From Patescibacteria group bacterium (lineage in GTDB: Bacteria > Patescibacteriota > Saccharimonadia > UBA4664), in assembly GCA_028288925.1 (NCBI GenBank), contig JAQGHG010000021.1:1-48744 (forward strand): DNA of 48,744 nucleotides, given 5' to 3'. This document shows, piece by piece, positions 27,037 to 34,825 of the stretch. The position numbers and the translations under genes were made by a program. The first letter of the stretch is position 1; each line of letters opens with the position of its first letter. Below the pieces are notes generated by a model, which was not told the DNA's origin, made no database searches, and saw only the letters and a program-made list of their open reading frames with translations.

Positions 27037-27114
27037 TGGGGCGAGAAATGGGGCTTGAACCCACGACCTCCTGGACCACAACCAGGCGCTCTAACCAACT
27101 GAGCTACTCCCGCC
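27037..27114 (-). tRNA. tRNA-His(GUG)
   Basis: Cloverleaf with G-1, anticodon GTG, C73 discriminator and encoded CCA. Confidence 0.96.
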
Positions 27115-27241
27115 ACATAGATATTTGACTTTTGGACTTTGGTATTTTAACCTATTTTACCCGATGAATCCAGCTCTTCGTAGGGACGCGAGTGGTGGCG
27201 ATTGCCGAATGGGCGGATTCCACCTATAATCACTTAGATTA

Positions 27242-27317
27242 CGGGGTGTGGCGCAGCTGGTAGCGCGCGTGCTTTGGGAGCATGAGGTCGAAGGTTCGAG
27301 TCCTTTCACCCCGACCA
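27242..27317 (+). tRNA. tRNA-Pro(UGG)
   Basis: CGGGGTG acceptor, anticodon TGG, GGTTCGAGTCC, CCA. Confidence 0.96.
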
Positions 27318-27323
27318 GGAATT

Positions 27324-28022
27324 ATGATGCAGACCTATTTGATTTTCGATTTTGACAGCACGTTTGTGAGCCTGGAAGGGCTCGATGAGCTGGCGCGGAT
27401 TACCCTGCGCGACGTGCCGGACCGGGCGGAACGTTTGGCGCGGATCGAGGAACTGACGAGGGACAGCATGGAGGGGCGGCTGGGCTTCGAGACGTCGCTA
27501 CAGAGGCGGCTGGCGCTGTTTGTTCCCCGCGACGAGCATATCGCGGAGACGGTGGCGCTTTTGAAAGACCGGGTGACGCCGTCATTTACGCGAAACCGCG
27601 CGCTCCTGGAGAGCCGGGCGGAGTCGGTTTATATTATCTCGGGCGGGTTCCGGGAGCTTATTATTCCGGTGGTAAACAGCTTTGGCATCGCGCCGGAGCG
27701 GGTGCTAGCCAATACGTTTGTCCGCGACGCTCAGGGTACGGTAACGGGCTGCGATATGGACAACTTTTGCGCTCAAAATGAGGGTAAGGTAAAGCAGCTT
27801 CGGGCTCTGGGCCTGGATGGGCGCGTGGTAATGGTGGGCGATGGCCATACGGACTACCAGGCGCGGGCGGCCGGGGTGGCCGACATGTTTGTGGCCTTCA
27901 CCGAGAACGTTGAGCGGCCGGGGATCGTGGAGCGGGCCGACGCGGTGGCGCGGAGCTTAAGCGAGGTATTAGCGGCCGTAGGCTTAACGGACGGGCTGGA
28001 AGCTGGTATAGTAGCGAAATAA
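27324..28022 (+). CDS. HAD-IB phosphatase (phosphoserine phosphatase-like)
   Basis: FDFDST, ISGGF, K, MVGDG.TD motifs; start at ATG 27324 just after tRNA-Pro. Confidence 0.88.
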   Translation: MMQTYLIFDFDSTFVSLEGLDELARITLRDVPDRAERLARIEELTRDSMEGRLGFETSLQRRLALFVPRDEHIAETVALLKDRVTPSFTRNRALLESRAESVYIISGGFRELIIPVVNSFGIAPERVLANTFVRDAQGTVTGCDMDNFCAQNEGKVKQLRALGLDGRVVMVGDGHTDYQARAAGVADMFVAFTENVERPGIVERADAVARSLSEVLAAVGLTDGLEAGIVAK

Positions 28023-28027
28023 ACCGT

Positions 28028-28102
28028 GCGGGTGTAGCACAGTGGTTAGTGTTCCTGCCTTCCAAGCAGGCTACAGGGGTTCGACTCCCCTCACCCGCTC
28101 CA
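28028..28102 (+). tRNA. tRNA-Gly(UCC)
   Basis: GCGGGTG acceptor, anticodon TCC, TCCA end. Confidence 0.95.
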
Positions 28103-28122
28103 AGGATTTATGTTTACGATTC

Positions 28123-28199
28123 GCCCCTGTAGCTCAGCTGGATAGAGCAGTGGACTTCTAAGCCAATGGTCGCAGGTTCGAATCCTGCCGGGGGCACCA
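28123..28199 (+). tRNA. tRNA-Arg(UCU)
   Basis: D arm with GGATA, anticodon TCT, GGTTCGAATCC, CCA; anticodon stem has two mismatches. Confidence 0.9.
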
Positions 28200-28212
28200 G
28201 AACTAATAGCCC

Positions 28213-28248
28213 ATCAAAAAGCCCCCTAACGCAGGGGGCTTTTTTGAT
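28213..28248. terminator. Bidirectional intrinsic terminator
   Basis: ATCAAAAAGCCCCCT...AGGGGGCTTTTTTGAT between convergent tRNA-Arg and hup. Confidence 0.9.
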
Positions 28249-28262
28249 CGAGAGATACGGAT

Positions 28263-28535
28263 CTATCGAATGGTTTCTTTGAGGCGTTTGCCGGCGCGGA
28301 AACGGGGCATGGCCATTTCGGGGATTTGGATCTCTTCCCCGGTTTGAGGATTTACACCCCGGCGTGCGGCACGCTTGCCTAAGTCAAAGGTCCCAAACCC
28401 GGTGATTGACACTTTCTCACCTTTCGCTACGGTCCGCTCTACGATATTCACGAAGGCGGATAGCGTTTTTTCAATCTGACGCTTGGTGGTATTCGTTTCG
28501 GCGGCAAGCGTTTCGATTAATTGTTGCTTAGTCAT
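28263..28535 (-). CDS. hup: DNA-binding protein HU
   Basis: 90 aa, GFGTF..R.ARRGVNPQTG..P.F.AGK.LK. Confidence 0.95.
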   Translation of the reverse strand: MTKQQLIETLAAETNTTKRQIEKTLSAFVNIVERTVAKGEKVSITGFGTFDLGKRAARRGVNPQTGEEIQIPEMAMPRFRAGKRLKETIR

Positions 28536-28595
28536 ATTCTGACACTCCCAGAGTTACATCTTCTACTCTACCGAGAGGCTCCCTAAGGGTAAAGG

Positions 28596-29396
28596 CTAAT
28601 TTTCCACAAATTGGATGATTTGCTCTAGGTGAGTGGCTTGGCCGGTCGTTGGATTAATGTCTATTAACAAAGCGCAAAATTGCATGGTACCCTGAGTTTC
28701 CAGTTCGTTGCGACTGCGTTCGTCGGTGAGCCAGCGCTGAATGATAATGTCGGTTTTGACGCCCAGGCAAGAATCGCGGCTGCCCACCATGCCGACGTCG
28801 GTGATATGCGCGGTACCCTTGGGCAGGAGACGGGCGTCAGCGGTGGGCACGTGCCAGTGGTCCCCGATAACGGCGGAGACACGGCCGTCCAGGTATTGGC
28901 CGATCACCAGCTTTTCGCTCGAAAAGTCGCCGTGGAAGTTTACAATGCGGGCCACTAGCGGCTCGTTTTTGGTTTCTTCGAGAATGGCGTCGATGGCATG
29001 GAGTGGGTTGGACTCACCGGGATCGAGGTAGCCGACGATTTGCCCCATGAGGCTCACTATGAGTACGCGCCCAAACGGCGTCTCGGCGATCTTGTAGCGG
29101 CGGCCGGGCGTGCCCTCGGGATAGTTGGCGGGACGCACCACGGGACCTTTGGGGTCCTCGAGGATGGGGTAAACTTCCTCGCGCTTGGTGGTCCAGTTGC
29201 CGCCGGAAAAGAAGTCTACGCCGGCTTCGCGCATCTCGTCGATGGCCTTGGGGCGCATGCCCTTGCCGTCGGAGAGGTTTTCGCCCTGCGCCACGACAAA
29301 GTCAATTCCCCGTTCCTGGATGAGGCCGGGGAGGACTTTTTTGATGGTTTGACGGCCGGGCCGGCCCATAATATCGCCCACGTAAAGGATTTTCAT
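28596..29396 (-). CDS. ymdB: YmdB-like metallophosphoesterase
   Basis: GDIMGRPGR, GEN, RPANYP, HVPTAD, ITDVGMVG; near rny. Confidence 0.88.
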   Translation of the reverse strand: MKILYVGDIMGRPGRQTIKKVLPGLIQERGIDFVVAQGENLSDGKGMRPKAIDEMREAGVDFFSGGNWTTKREEVYPILEDPKGPVVRPANYPEGTPGRRYKIAETPFGRVLIVSLMGQIVGYLDPGESNPLHAIDAILEETKNEPLVARIVNFHGDFSSEKLVIGQYLDGRVSAVIGDHWHVPTADARLLPKGTAHITDVGMVGSRDSCLGVKTDIIIQRWLTDERSRNELETQGTMQFCALLIDINPTTGQATHLEQIIQFVEN

Positions 29397-29439
29397 AGCG
29401 TATTCCTGCTAGAGAGTATCGGCTATCGGGCGCGAATGG

Positions 29440-29637
29440 TCAAATGCCGGGGTCGGGCGCGGTAGTATCGGGCTCAGGAGCGGTGCCGGCCTCTTCCTGG
29501 ACTTGCTGCTGGAAGCCGGGCTCCTGGGAGGCGTCTTGGACGGGGCGGTGCTGATAGGCCCATACGCCTCCCCAGAATGCTACAACGAGGGTGAGGGCGG
29601 CGAGCTCCATCCAGTATTTGCGTATTGTTTTCTTCAT
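29440..29637 (-). CDS. Small single-TM hypothetical protein
   Basis: Basic N-terminus plus TM; directly follows the CHAP gene. Confidence 0.55.
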   Translation of the reverse strand: MKKTIRKYWMELAALTLVVAFWGGVWAYQHRPVQDASQEPGFQQQVQEEAGTAPEPDTTAPDPGI

Positions 29638-29639
29638 GT

Positions 29640-30245
29640 CTACATCCTCCCCCAGCCGACGACGGTGCTGTCGTGGTGGTAATTGGTGTGAGCGCGGCGG
29701 TGGACGCCATTGGATGTGTTGCCTTCGATTGTGTAAACCGTGCTGCCCGAAACGTGATCGACGATACCGACATGCTCGGTGACGGGGGGCTTACTGCTCC
29801 AGTCAAAGAATATGGCGTCGCCGGGACGGGGCGTGTCACTGCTGCCGCGAGCGTGCCAGCCCTTGTGGCGGATGAACCAGCTCCTCATACTAATGGTGCT
29901 GGCGATGCGCCAGCCCGGCGTGAAAGAGTGCCCGGTCTTGTGGTAGACATAAGAGACGAAATCCGCGCACCAGAGCTCGTGGTGGCCGGCTGTGAAGCTA
30001 TTGATGACCCCGCCGCAGTTGCAGCCGTTGGGTTTTTCTTGTACGCCGACGTATTTTTTGGCGGCTGCAACGATATCGGGCCGGCCGGTGGCAGCGGAAG
30101 CGTTGTAGACGGCATACACCCCCAGGGTCGAGGCGAGCACCAGAATGCCGAGAATGACAGGCTTACTGAGACCGGTAATCGGCCGGAGAAGATAGCTTTT
30201 GGTGGAACGTTTGCGAGAGGTCTTTGATCTTTTGGCGATAGGCAT
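29640..30245 (-). CDS. CHAP-domain peptidoglycan amidase/peptidase, N-terminally anchored
   Basis: WCADFVSYVY, P.PGD.IFF, HVGIV, TIEGN. Confidence 0.88.
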   Translation of the reverse strand: MPIAKRSKTSRKRSTKSYLLRPITGLSKPVILGILVLASTLGVYAVYNASAATGRPDIVAAAKKYVGVQEKPNGCNCGGVINSFTAGHHELWCADFVSYVYHKTGHSFTPGWRIASTISMRSWFIRHKGWHARGSSDTPRPGDAIFFDWSSKPPVTEHVGIVDHVSGSTVYTIEGNTSNGVHRRAHTNYHHDSTVVGWGRM

Positions 30246-30333
30246 GTTTGGCCCTTTTTAGCTTGCTAGTGCAACTATACTACTTATGTTTAAATAGCGC
30301 TACTTTTTTGGGCGGCAGCAGGCTTGAGCAGCC

Positions 30334-31851
30334 CTACTTGGCAAACTCGATGGCGCGGGTTTCGCGGATGACGTTGACCTTGATGACGCCCGGATATTTG
30401 AGGGTGGCTTCGACTTTGGTGGCGATGTCCCGGGCCATCTTGATGGCCGAGAGGTCGTCGACGTGCTCGGGCTGGACGATGATGCGCAGCTCGCGGCCGG
30501 CCGATATGGCGTAGGATTTGTGGACGCCGGGGAAGGCGTTGGCGAGGTTTTCGAGCTCGGTCATGCGTTTGGCATAGTTCTCCAAGGTGTCGCCGCGGGC
30601 GCCGGGGCGGCCGGCGCTCAGGGCATCACACACGCGGACGATGAGAGCCTCGGGAGTGGTGGCTTCGACGTCGTCGTGGTGGGCGTTGATGGCGTGAACG
30701 ATGGCCTCTTCCATGCCATACTTTTGGGCCAGGTCGGCGCCGATGTGGTGGTGGCCGCCCTCGATCTCGTGGGTGACGGCTTTGCCGATGTCATGGAGCA
30801 GGGTGGCGGTCTTAGCTATGCGGACGTCGGCGCCGATGTCCCCGGCGATCATACCGGCAAGGTTAGCCATTTCGATCGAGTGTTTGAGGACGTTTTGCGA
30901 GTAGGAGGTGCGGAATTTGAGCTGGCCGAGCAGACGTACGAGCTCGAGCGGTACGCCGACCACACCGGTCTCTTTGAGGGCCTTCTCGCCGGCTTCTTTG
31001 ACGGTGCGGTCTATCTCGGATTTGGCTTTGGCGACGACTTCTTCGATGCGGGCGGGGTGGATGCGGCCGTCGGATAGCAGCTTCTCCAGGGCCACGCGGG
31101 CGACCTGGCGGCGCATCGGATCGAAGCTGGAGAGCACGATGGCGCCGGGGGTTTCGTCGATGATGACGTCGACGCCGGTGGCGCGCTCGAGGGTCTGGAT
31201 GTTGCGGCCTTCCTTGCCGATGACGCGGCCCTTGAGCTCGTCGGAGGGTAGCGGCACGGTGGTGATGGTGCGTTCGGCGGTCTGGTCAGAGGCGATGCGC
31301 TCCATGGATGAAACGATGATGAGCTTGGCGCGGTCTTCGGCTTCTTCTTTGGCCTCGTTTTGCAGTTTCTCGACGAGCTTCACGAGATCGGCGCGGATGT
31401 CGCGTTCGGTCATTTTGAGGAGCTTGGCCTTGGCGTCTTCTTTGTTGAGGCCGGCGATCTTCTCGAGGTTTTCCTGCTGCTTGTTGCGGATGGCGCGCAG
31501 GTCTTCCTTGAGCAGATCGAGGTCGGCTTCGTGCTTGCGGAGCTTTTCTTGGCGCTTGTCGAGGTCTTCGAGCTTTTGATCGACGCTGGCTTGGCGCTGC
31601 AGAATCTGTTGCTCGGTCTTTTCGATGACGTTGCGGCGCTGGCGTTCTTCTTGTTTGGCAGCCTCGGCGAGCTTAAGGGATTCGCTTTTGGCTTCGAGCG
31701 TGGCTTCTTTGGCCTTGGCATTGGCATCATCAAGGATTTTACTGGCTTGGTCGGTAGCCAGGCGGGTGCGGCGGCGGGTCATAACTGTGTTGTAAGAGAA
31801 CCCGGCCGCGCCTCCGAAGAGAGCAGCGCCGATAAGATAGAGAAAGATCAT
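30334..31851 (-). CDS. rny: Ribonuclease Y
   Basis: N-terminal TM, coiled coil, KH (KGRVIGKEGRNI), HD (LLHDIGK). Confidence 0.97.
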   Translation of the reverse strand: MIFLYLIGAALFGGAAGFSYNTVMTRRRTRLATDQASKILDDANAKAKEATLEAKSESLKLAEAAKQEERQRRNVIEKTEQQILQRQASVDQKLEDLDKRQEKLRKHEADLDLLKEDLRAIRNKQQENLEKIAGLNKEDAKAKLLKMTERDIRADLVKLVEKLQNEAKEEAEDRAKLIIVSSMERIASDQTAERTITTVPLPSDELKGRVIGKEGRNIQTLERATGVDVIIDETPGAIVLSSFDPMRRQVARVALEKLLSDGRIHPARIEEVVAKAKSEIDRTVKEAGEKALKETGVVGVPLELVRLLGQLKFRTSYSQNVLKHSIEMANLAGMIAGDIGADVRIAKTATLLHDIGKAVTHEIEGGHHHIGADLAQKYGMEEAIVHAINAHHDDVEATTPEALIVRVCDALSAGRPGARGDTLENYAKRMTELENLANAFPGVHKSYAISAGRELRIIVQPEHVDDLSAIKMARDIATKVEATLKYPGVIKVNVIRETRAIEFAK

Positions 31852-31935
31852 AGGTAATAGCCTCGGATAATCAGATAGAAATAGAGTATGCAGTAGTAAG
31901 GGACAATCTAATTAAACGGGAGATTTAGCCAAGGG

Positions 31936-32334
31936 TCAAGTTTTGGGACGGGTAATGTGCGCGTCGGCTCCATAATGCGGTAATGCCGGACGGCCTGGTT
32001 TGGCTTGGCGCAGCTCAGTTTTGCCGTCATCGAGCCACCGCGAGCCTTGCGCACCCACGACGGGCACTCCCAGGCTGTCGGCCAAGGCGTTGGCGACCGT
32101 GTGCCCGATACGCAAGGAGGTAAACGATCCGGGCCCGCTAAATACCGCGATGCCCGTAAGGTCGGTGAGTTTGTGGTTGTGGGATTCCAGGAAGCTGGTG
32201 AGATGACCCAATAGTTGAAGTGAGAGATCGCGGCCGCTTTCCCACTTGAGCTGAGCGCTAGGTGCGGAGGCGTCCAAGTCGGCAAAGAGCCACATCTCGG
32301 TGACCGGGCTATCGGTTTTGAGTGCCAGAATCAT
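31936..32334 (-). CDS. tsaB: t6A biosynthesis protein TsaB, short form
   Basis: MILAL.TD, GPGSFTSLRIG, P.Y; 132 aa; coupled to tsaE. Confidence 0.85.
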   Translation of the reverse strand: MILALKTDSPVTEMWLFADLDASAPSAQLKWESGRDLSLQLLGHLTSFLESHNHKLTDLTGIAVFSGPGSFTSLRIGHTVANALADSLGVPVVGAQGSRWLDDGKTELRQAKPGRPALPHYGADAHITRPKT

Positions 32335-32795
32335 GATTGTAGCCTTTCGATGATTTGATTTGAGCGTGGGCCGTGAGCGGTAAAGCTAAGCTGCCGCCTA
32401 GTGTCTCCGGTGACGGTGAATTCGATCCGTAGACGGTCGGCGGGGAGTTCGTGCTCCACCACACCGGCCCACTCAATGACGGTAATGATCGCTGGATCGC
32501 TCATATCTTCGGCCAGCTCCTCGCCGACGATGCCACCCTCGCCCAGTCGATAGAGGTCGTAATGGTGGAGTTCCAGTGAGGAATTAAGCCGGTAGATCTG
32601 ACTAAGCGTGAAGGTAGGGCTCGTGACCTCACCACTGTAGCCGAGGCCTCGGGCGAGCCCCTGGACGAAGGTCGTCTTGCCCCCTCCCAGGTCGCTCACT
32701 AGCTCGATCACCTCCCCGCCCTTCAGTAACGGGGCGAGGCGTTGCGCCACGGCCTGGGTAGCCTCGGAGCCGGTGGTAGAAATCGCGTAGGTCAT
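32331..32795 (-). CDS. tsaE: t6A biosynthesis ATPase TsaE
   Basis: DLGGGKTTF, VTSPTF, HYDLYRL, IEWA; start at ATG 32795. Confidence 0.93.
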   Translation of the reverse strand: MTYAISTTGSEATQAVAQRLAPLLKGGEVIELVSDLGGGKTTFVQGLARGLGYSGEVTSPTFTLSQIYRLNSSLELHHYDLYRLGEGGIVGEELAEDMSDPAIITVIEWAGVVEHELPADRLRIEFTVTGDTRRQLSFTAHGPRSNQIIERLQS

Positions 32796-34536
32796 AGCGG
32801 AACTCGTAAATGATATACGCAATGGTAAGGCCGGCAAGCACAAAGAGCAACCAGTGCCCGGCCGGCGTCGTGGCGGCAGCCACCAATGGACTATTGGTTT
32901 TCTTGGCCGGCTTGGTTTTGACGGCTTTGGTTTTGGCGGCAGCGGCTTTTTTGGTGGGGGCAACCTTAGACTTGGCCGCGGCGGATTTGGCGGTAGCCTT
33001 GGCCTTGGCCGTGGTGACGGTGGCGGTGGCGGCGCCGGCTACGGTCGGCTGGGTGAGCACGTTGGGCGCCGCGGGGGTGGGCGTAGTGGTCCAACTCCAG
33101 CCTCCGCCGAATTTAGCCCAAGCTTGGCCGCTTTTGGCCGGCTCGTAGCTAATTTTGGCACCGATTTGGCGGCCGTCCGGCCCGTACAGCGCCACCGAAC
33201 TGCCGCTGTTGGCCAGTGCTACGTGGCTATCGGACGATTTGAAGGCAATGTAGCCATTGGCGTCGAGCGTCCCAGCCGGCAATGTGTAGCTATCCGAGAG
33301 GCTGCTGCCCGTCTTGAGCACATATCCCGCTAGGTCGGCCGGGCCGGCGCCGGCATTGTGGATCTCGATAAACTCATCTTCGGCGTCAGTGGCCGGAGAG
33401 GCTGGATCGGGCAGTAGCTCGGTAATCTCCAGGGCTGATTCGGCGGCCGGTCCTTCGCCTTGGCCGGCCGGACCGGTGGCGGGTGGTGCTGGGGCGGGTT
33501 CCGGCAGGGCAACGAATTCGTTGGGCGCCGCGGGGGTAGGTCTGGCGGTCCAAACCCAGCCATTCTCGGCCCAAATACGACTAGCGCCGGCCGGAGCCAC
33601 GGGCCAGCTAGCCCCGTCGACGGTATTGCCAAAGGCATCAATCAAGCTAGCCACACCCCCGTTCGTGTCGAGGCTGAGGGGGAAGGTTTCGGACTGAACG
33701 ATGGCGTAGGCGTCCGGCAGTAGCACTCGCTGGGGCAGATAGTAGCCTACCACTCCGAGCTTGATCAGGTAAGAGCTGAGGACAAGGGCGCTCGTGCCGG
33801 TATTGTGGAATTCCAGAAAGGGACCGGCGGAGCTACCGGGCGCAGGATTTACCGATACTTCGGACAGTTCGAGCTGAGCCGTCGAATCATGCGCGATATT
33901 AGTAAACTGCAGGGGGAGTTCGGCCGGCACAGTACTCTTTTGTGGCTCAGGTGCTTGCCGTACCAAGAAGTCGTTGGCGTTGTCGCCGGTGTCATAGGCG
34001 TTTCCGCCTTGAGGCGCTTGGGCGCCAGGCAGCCGCTCCAGGCTTTGACCGGCGCCTATCGAGGCGGGCCGGCCAAAGCCGCACCCCGGGTCGTCACCCC
34101 AAGCCAGCGCATCGGCGGTCTTGCCGGCAGCGTCGAGGATACGAACGGCGCCGGCGGTGCCGGAGATTGACCAGTTGGCAAAACTCATATCGGCGTCAAG
34201 CGGATAGTTACTATCTTTGATTAGGAGGAATTTGTGTGACTTGATAGTAGCGGCATCAAGCGCGAGGCTTTTGCTCCAACCCTTGGTGCAGTCGGCGCCG
34301 TAGGTTGAGCTGACAGGGCGGTACTCGAGTTTCCAGCCTTTGAGCGCGACATCATTGGCCGTAGCATTGTAGAGTTCGATGAACTCATCATTGGTGTGAC
34401 CAGTGGCGGCGCCGCCGGTTTGGAGTTCGCTAATATAGATTCCGCCACTCGCCGCGAGCGCTTGACGAGGCAATAATAAGAGTCCGAACGTGTGACCGAG
34501 CAATAGACCGATGAGAACCGCAAACCGCAAGCGCAT
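32629..34536 (-). CDS. Secreted multi-lamin-tail-domain membrane protein
   Basis: Signal peptide; three LTD-like repeats (ISE..EFIELYN, LSEV..FLEFHN, ITE..EFIEIHN) ending in P-P/TP motifs; K/A-rich linker; TM. Confidence 0.82.
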   Translation of the reverse strand: MRLRFAVLIGLLLGHTFGLLLLPRQALAASGGIYISELQTGGAATGHTNDEFIELYNATANDVALKGWKLEYRPVSSTYGADCTKGWSKSLALDAATIKSHKFLLIKDSNYPLDADMSFANWSISGTAGAVRILDAAGKTADALAWGDDPGCGFGRPASIGAGQSLERLPGAQAPQGGNAYDTGDNANDFLVRQAPEPQKSTVPAELPLQFTNIAHDSTAQLELSEVSVNPAPGSSAGPFLEFHNTGTSALVLSSYLIKLGVVGYYLPQRVLLPDAYAIVQSETFPLSLDTNGGVASLIDAFGNTVDGASWPVAPAGASRIWAENGWVWTARPTPAAPNEFVALPEPAPAPPATGPAGQGEGPAAESALEITELLPDPASPATDAEDEFIEIHNAGAGPADLAGYVLKTGSSLSDSYTLPAGTLDANGYIAFKSSDSHVALANSGSSVALYGPDGRQIGAKISYEPAKSGQAWAKFGGGWSWTTTPTPAAPNVLTQPTVAGAATATVTTAKAKATAKSAAAKSKVAPTKKAAAAKTKAVKTKPAKKTNSPLVAAATTPAGHWLLFVLAGLTIAYIIYEFRYDLRDFYHRLRGYPGRGATPRPVTEGRGGDRASERPGRGQDDLRPGARPRPRLQW

Positions 34537-34644
34537 GGTGAGACCTCCTGGTTAGTCTTCGCCACCCTCGCGAATACTTCCAGACTAAACGAACAAAAAC
34601 CGAAGGGCAAGCAAGAGCGAATTCAACCGCTTAGGAGAGGCATT

Positions 34645-34781
34645 TAGGGCTACGGGTCCTGTCAGCTTCGGAATATTCCTTCTCTGGCCGGCGAACGCTA
34701 CCCTTCTCTTCGGTGGGCGCGATATCTGTACCCGCACCGGCTTTACGAGAAGGTATATTCCTGTGCCGCCACCCGTACCTA
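34645..34781 (-). ncRNA. Unassigned structured RNA element, copy 2 (paralogue at 4966-5134)
   Basis: Nested stems TACGGGT/ACCCGTA, GGAATAT.CCTTCTC/GAGAAGG.ATATTCC, GCCGG/CCGGC, plus blocks shared with copy 1. Confidence 0.65.
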
Positions 34782-34825
34782 CACGACTACTTGGCGTCGG
34801 GGGTTCGCAGCTAAAAGCAGGGCGG

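Larger units (their letters stand above)
18126..27045. mobile_element. tRNA-His-anchored tandem cassette array / nested integrative-element relics, no integrase in window
   Basis: Six internal junction repeats carrying exact or degenerate copies of the tRNA-His 3' end (TGGGGCGAG); unrelated cargo genes between them; visibly more AT-rich than the flanks. Confidence 0.75.

Noticed and set aside
18126-27045. Classical integron with attC sites
   Set aside because: No intI, and no RYYYAAC..GTTRRRY-bounded palindromes at gene ends; the junctions derive from the tRNA end
26908-27323. N-terminal extensions of ORFs 25831..27081 and 27282..28022
   Set aside because: They run through tRNA-His and tRNA-Pro; better starts with RBS exist at 26907 and 27324
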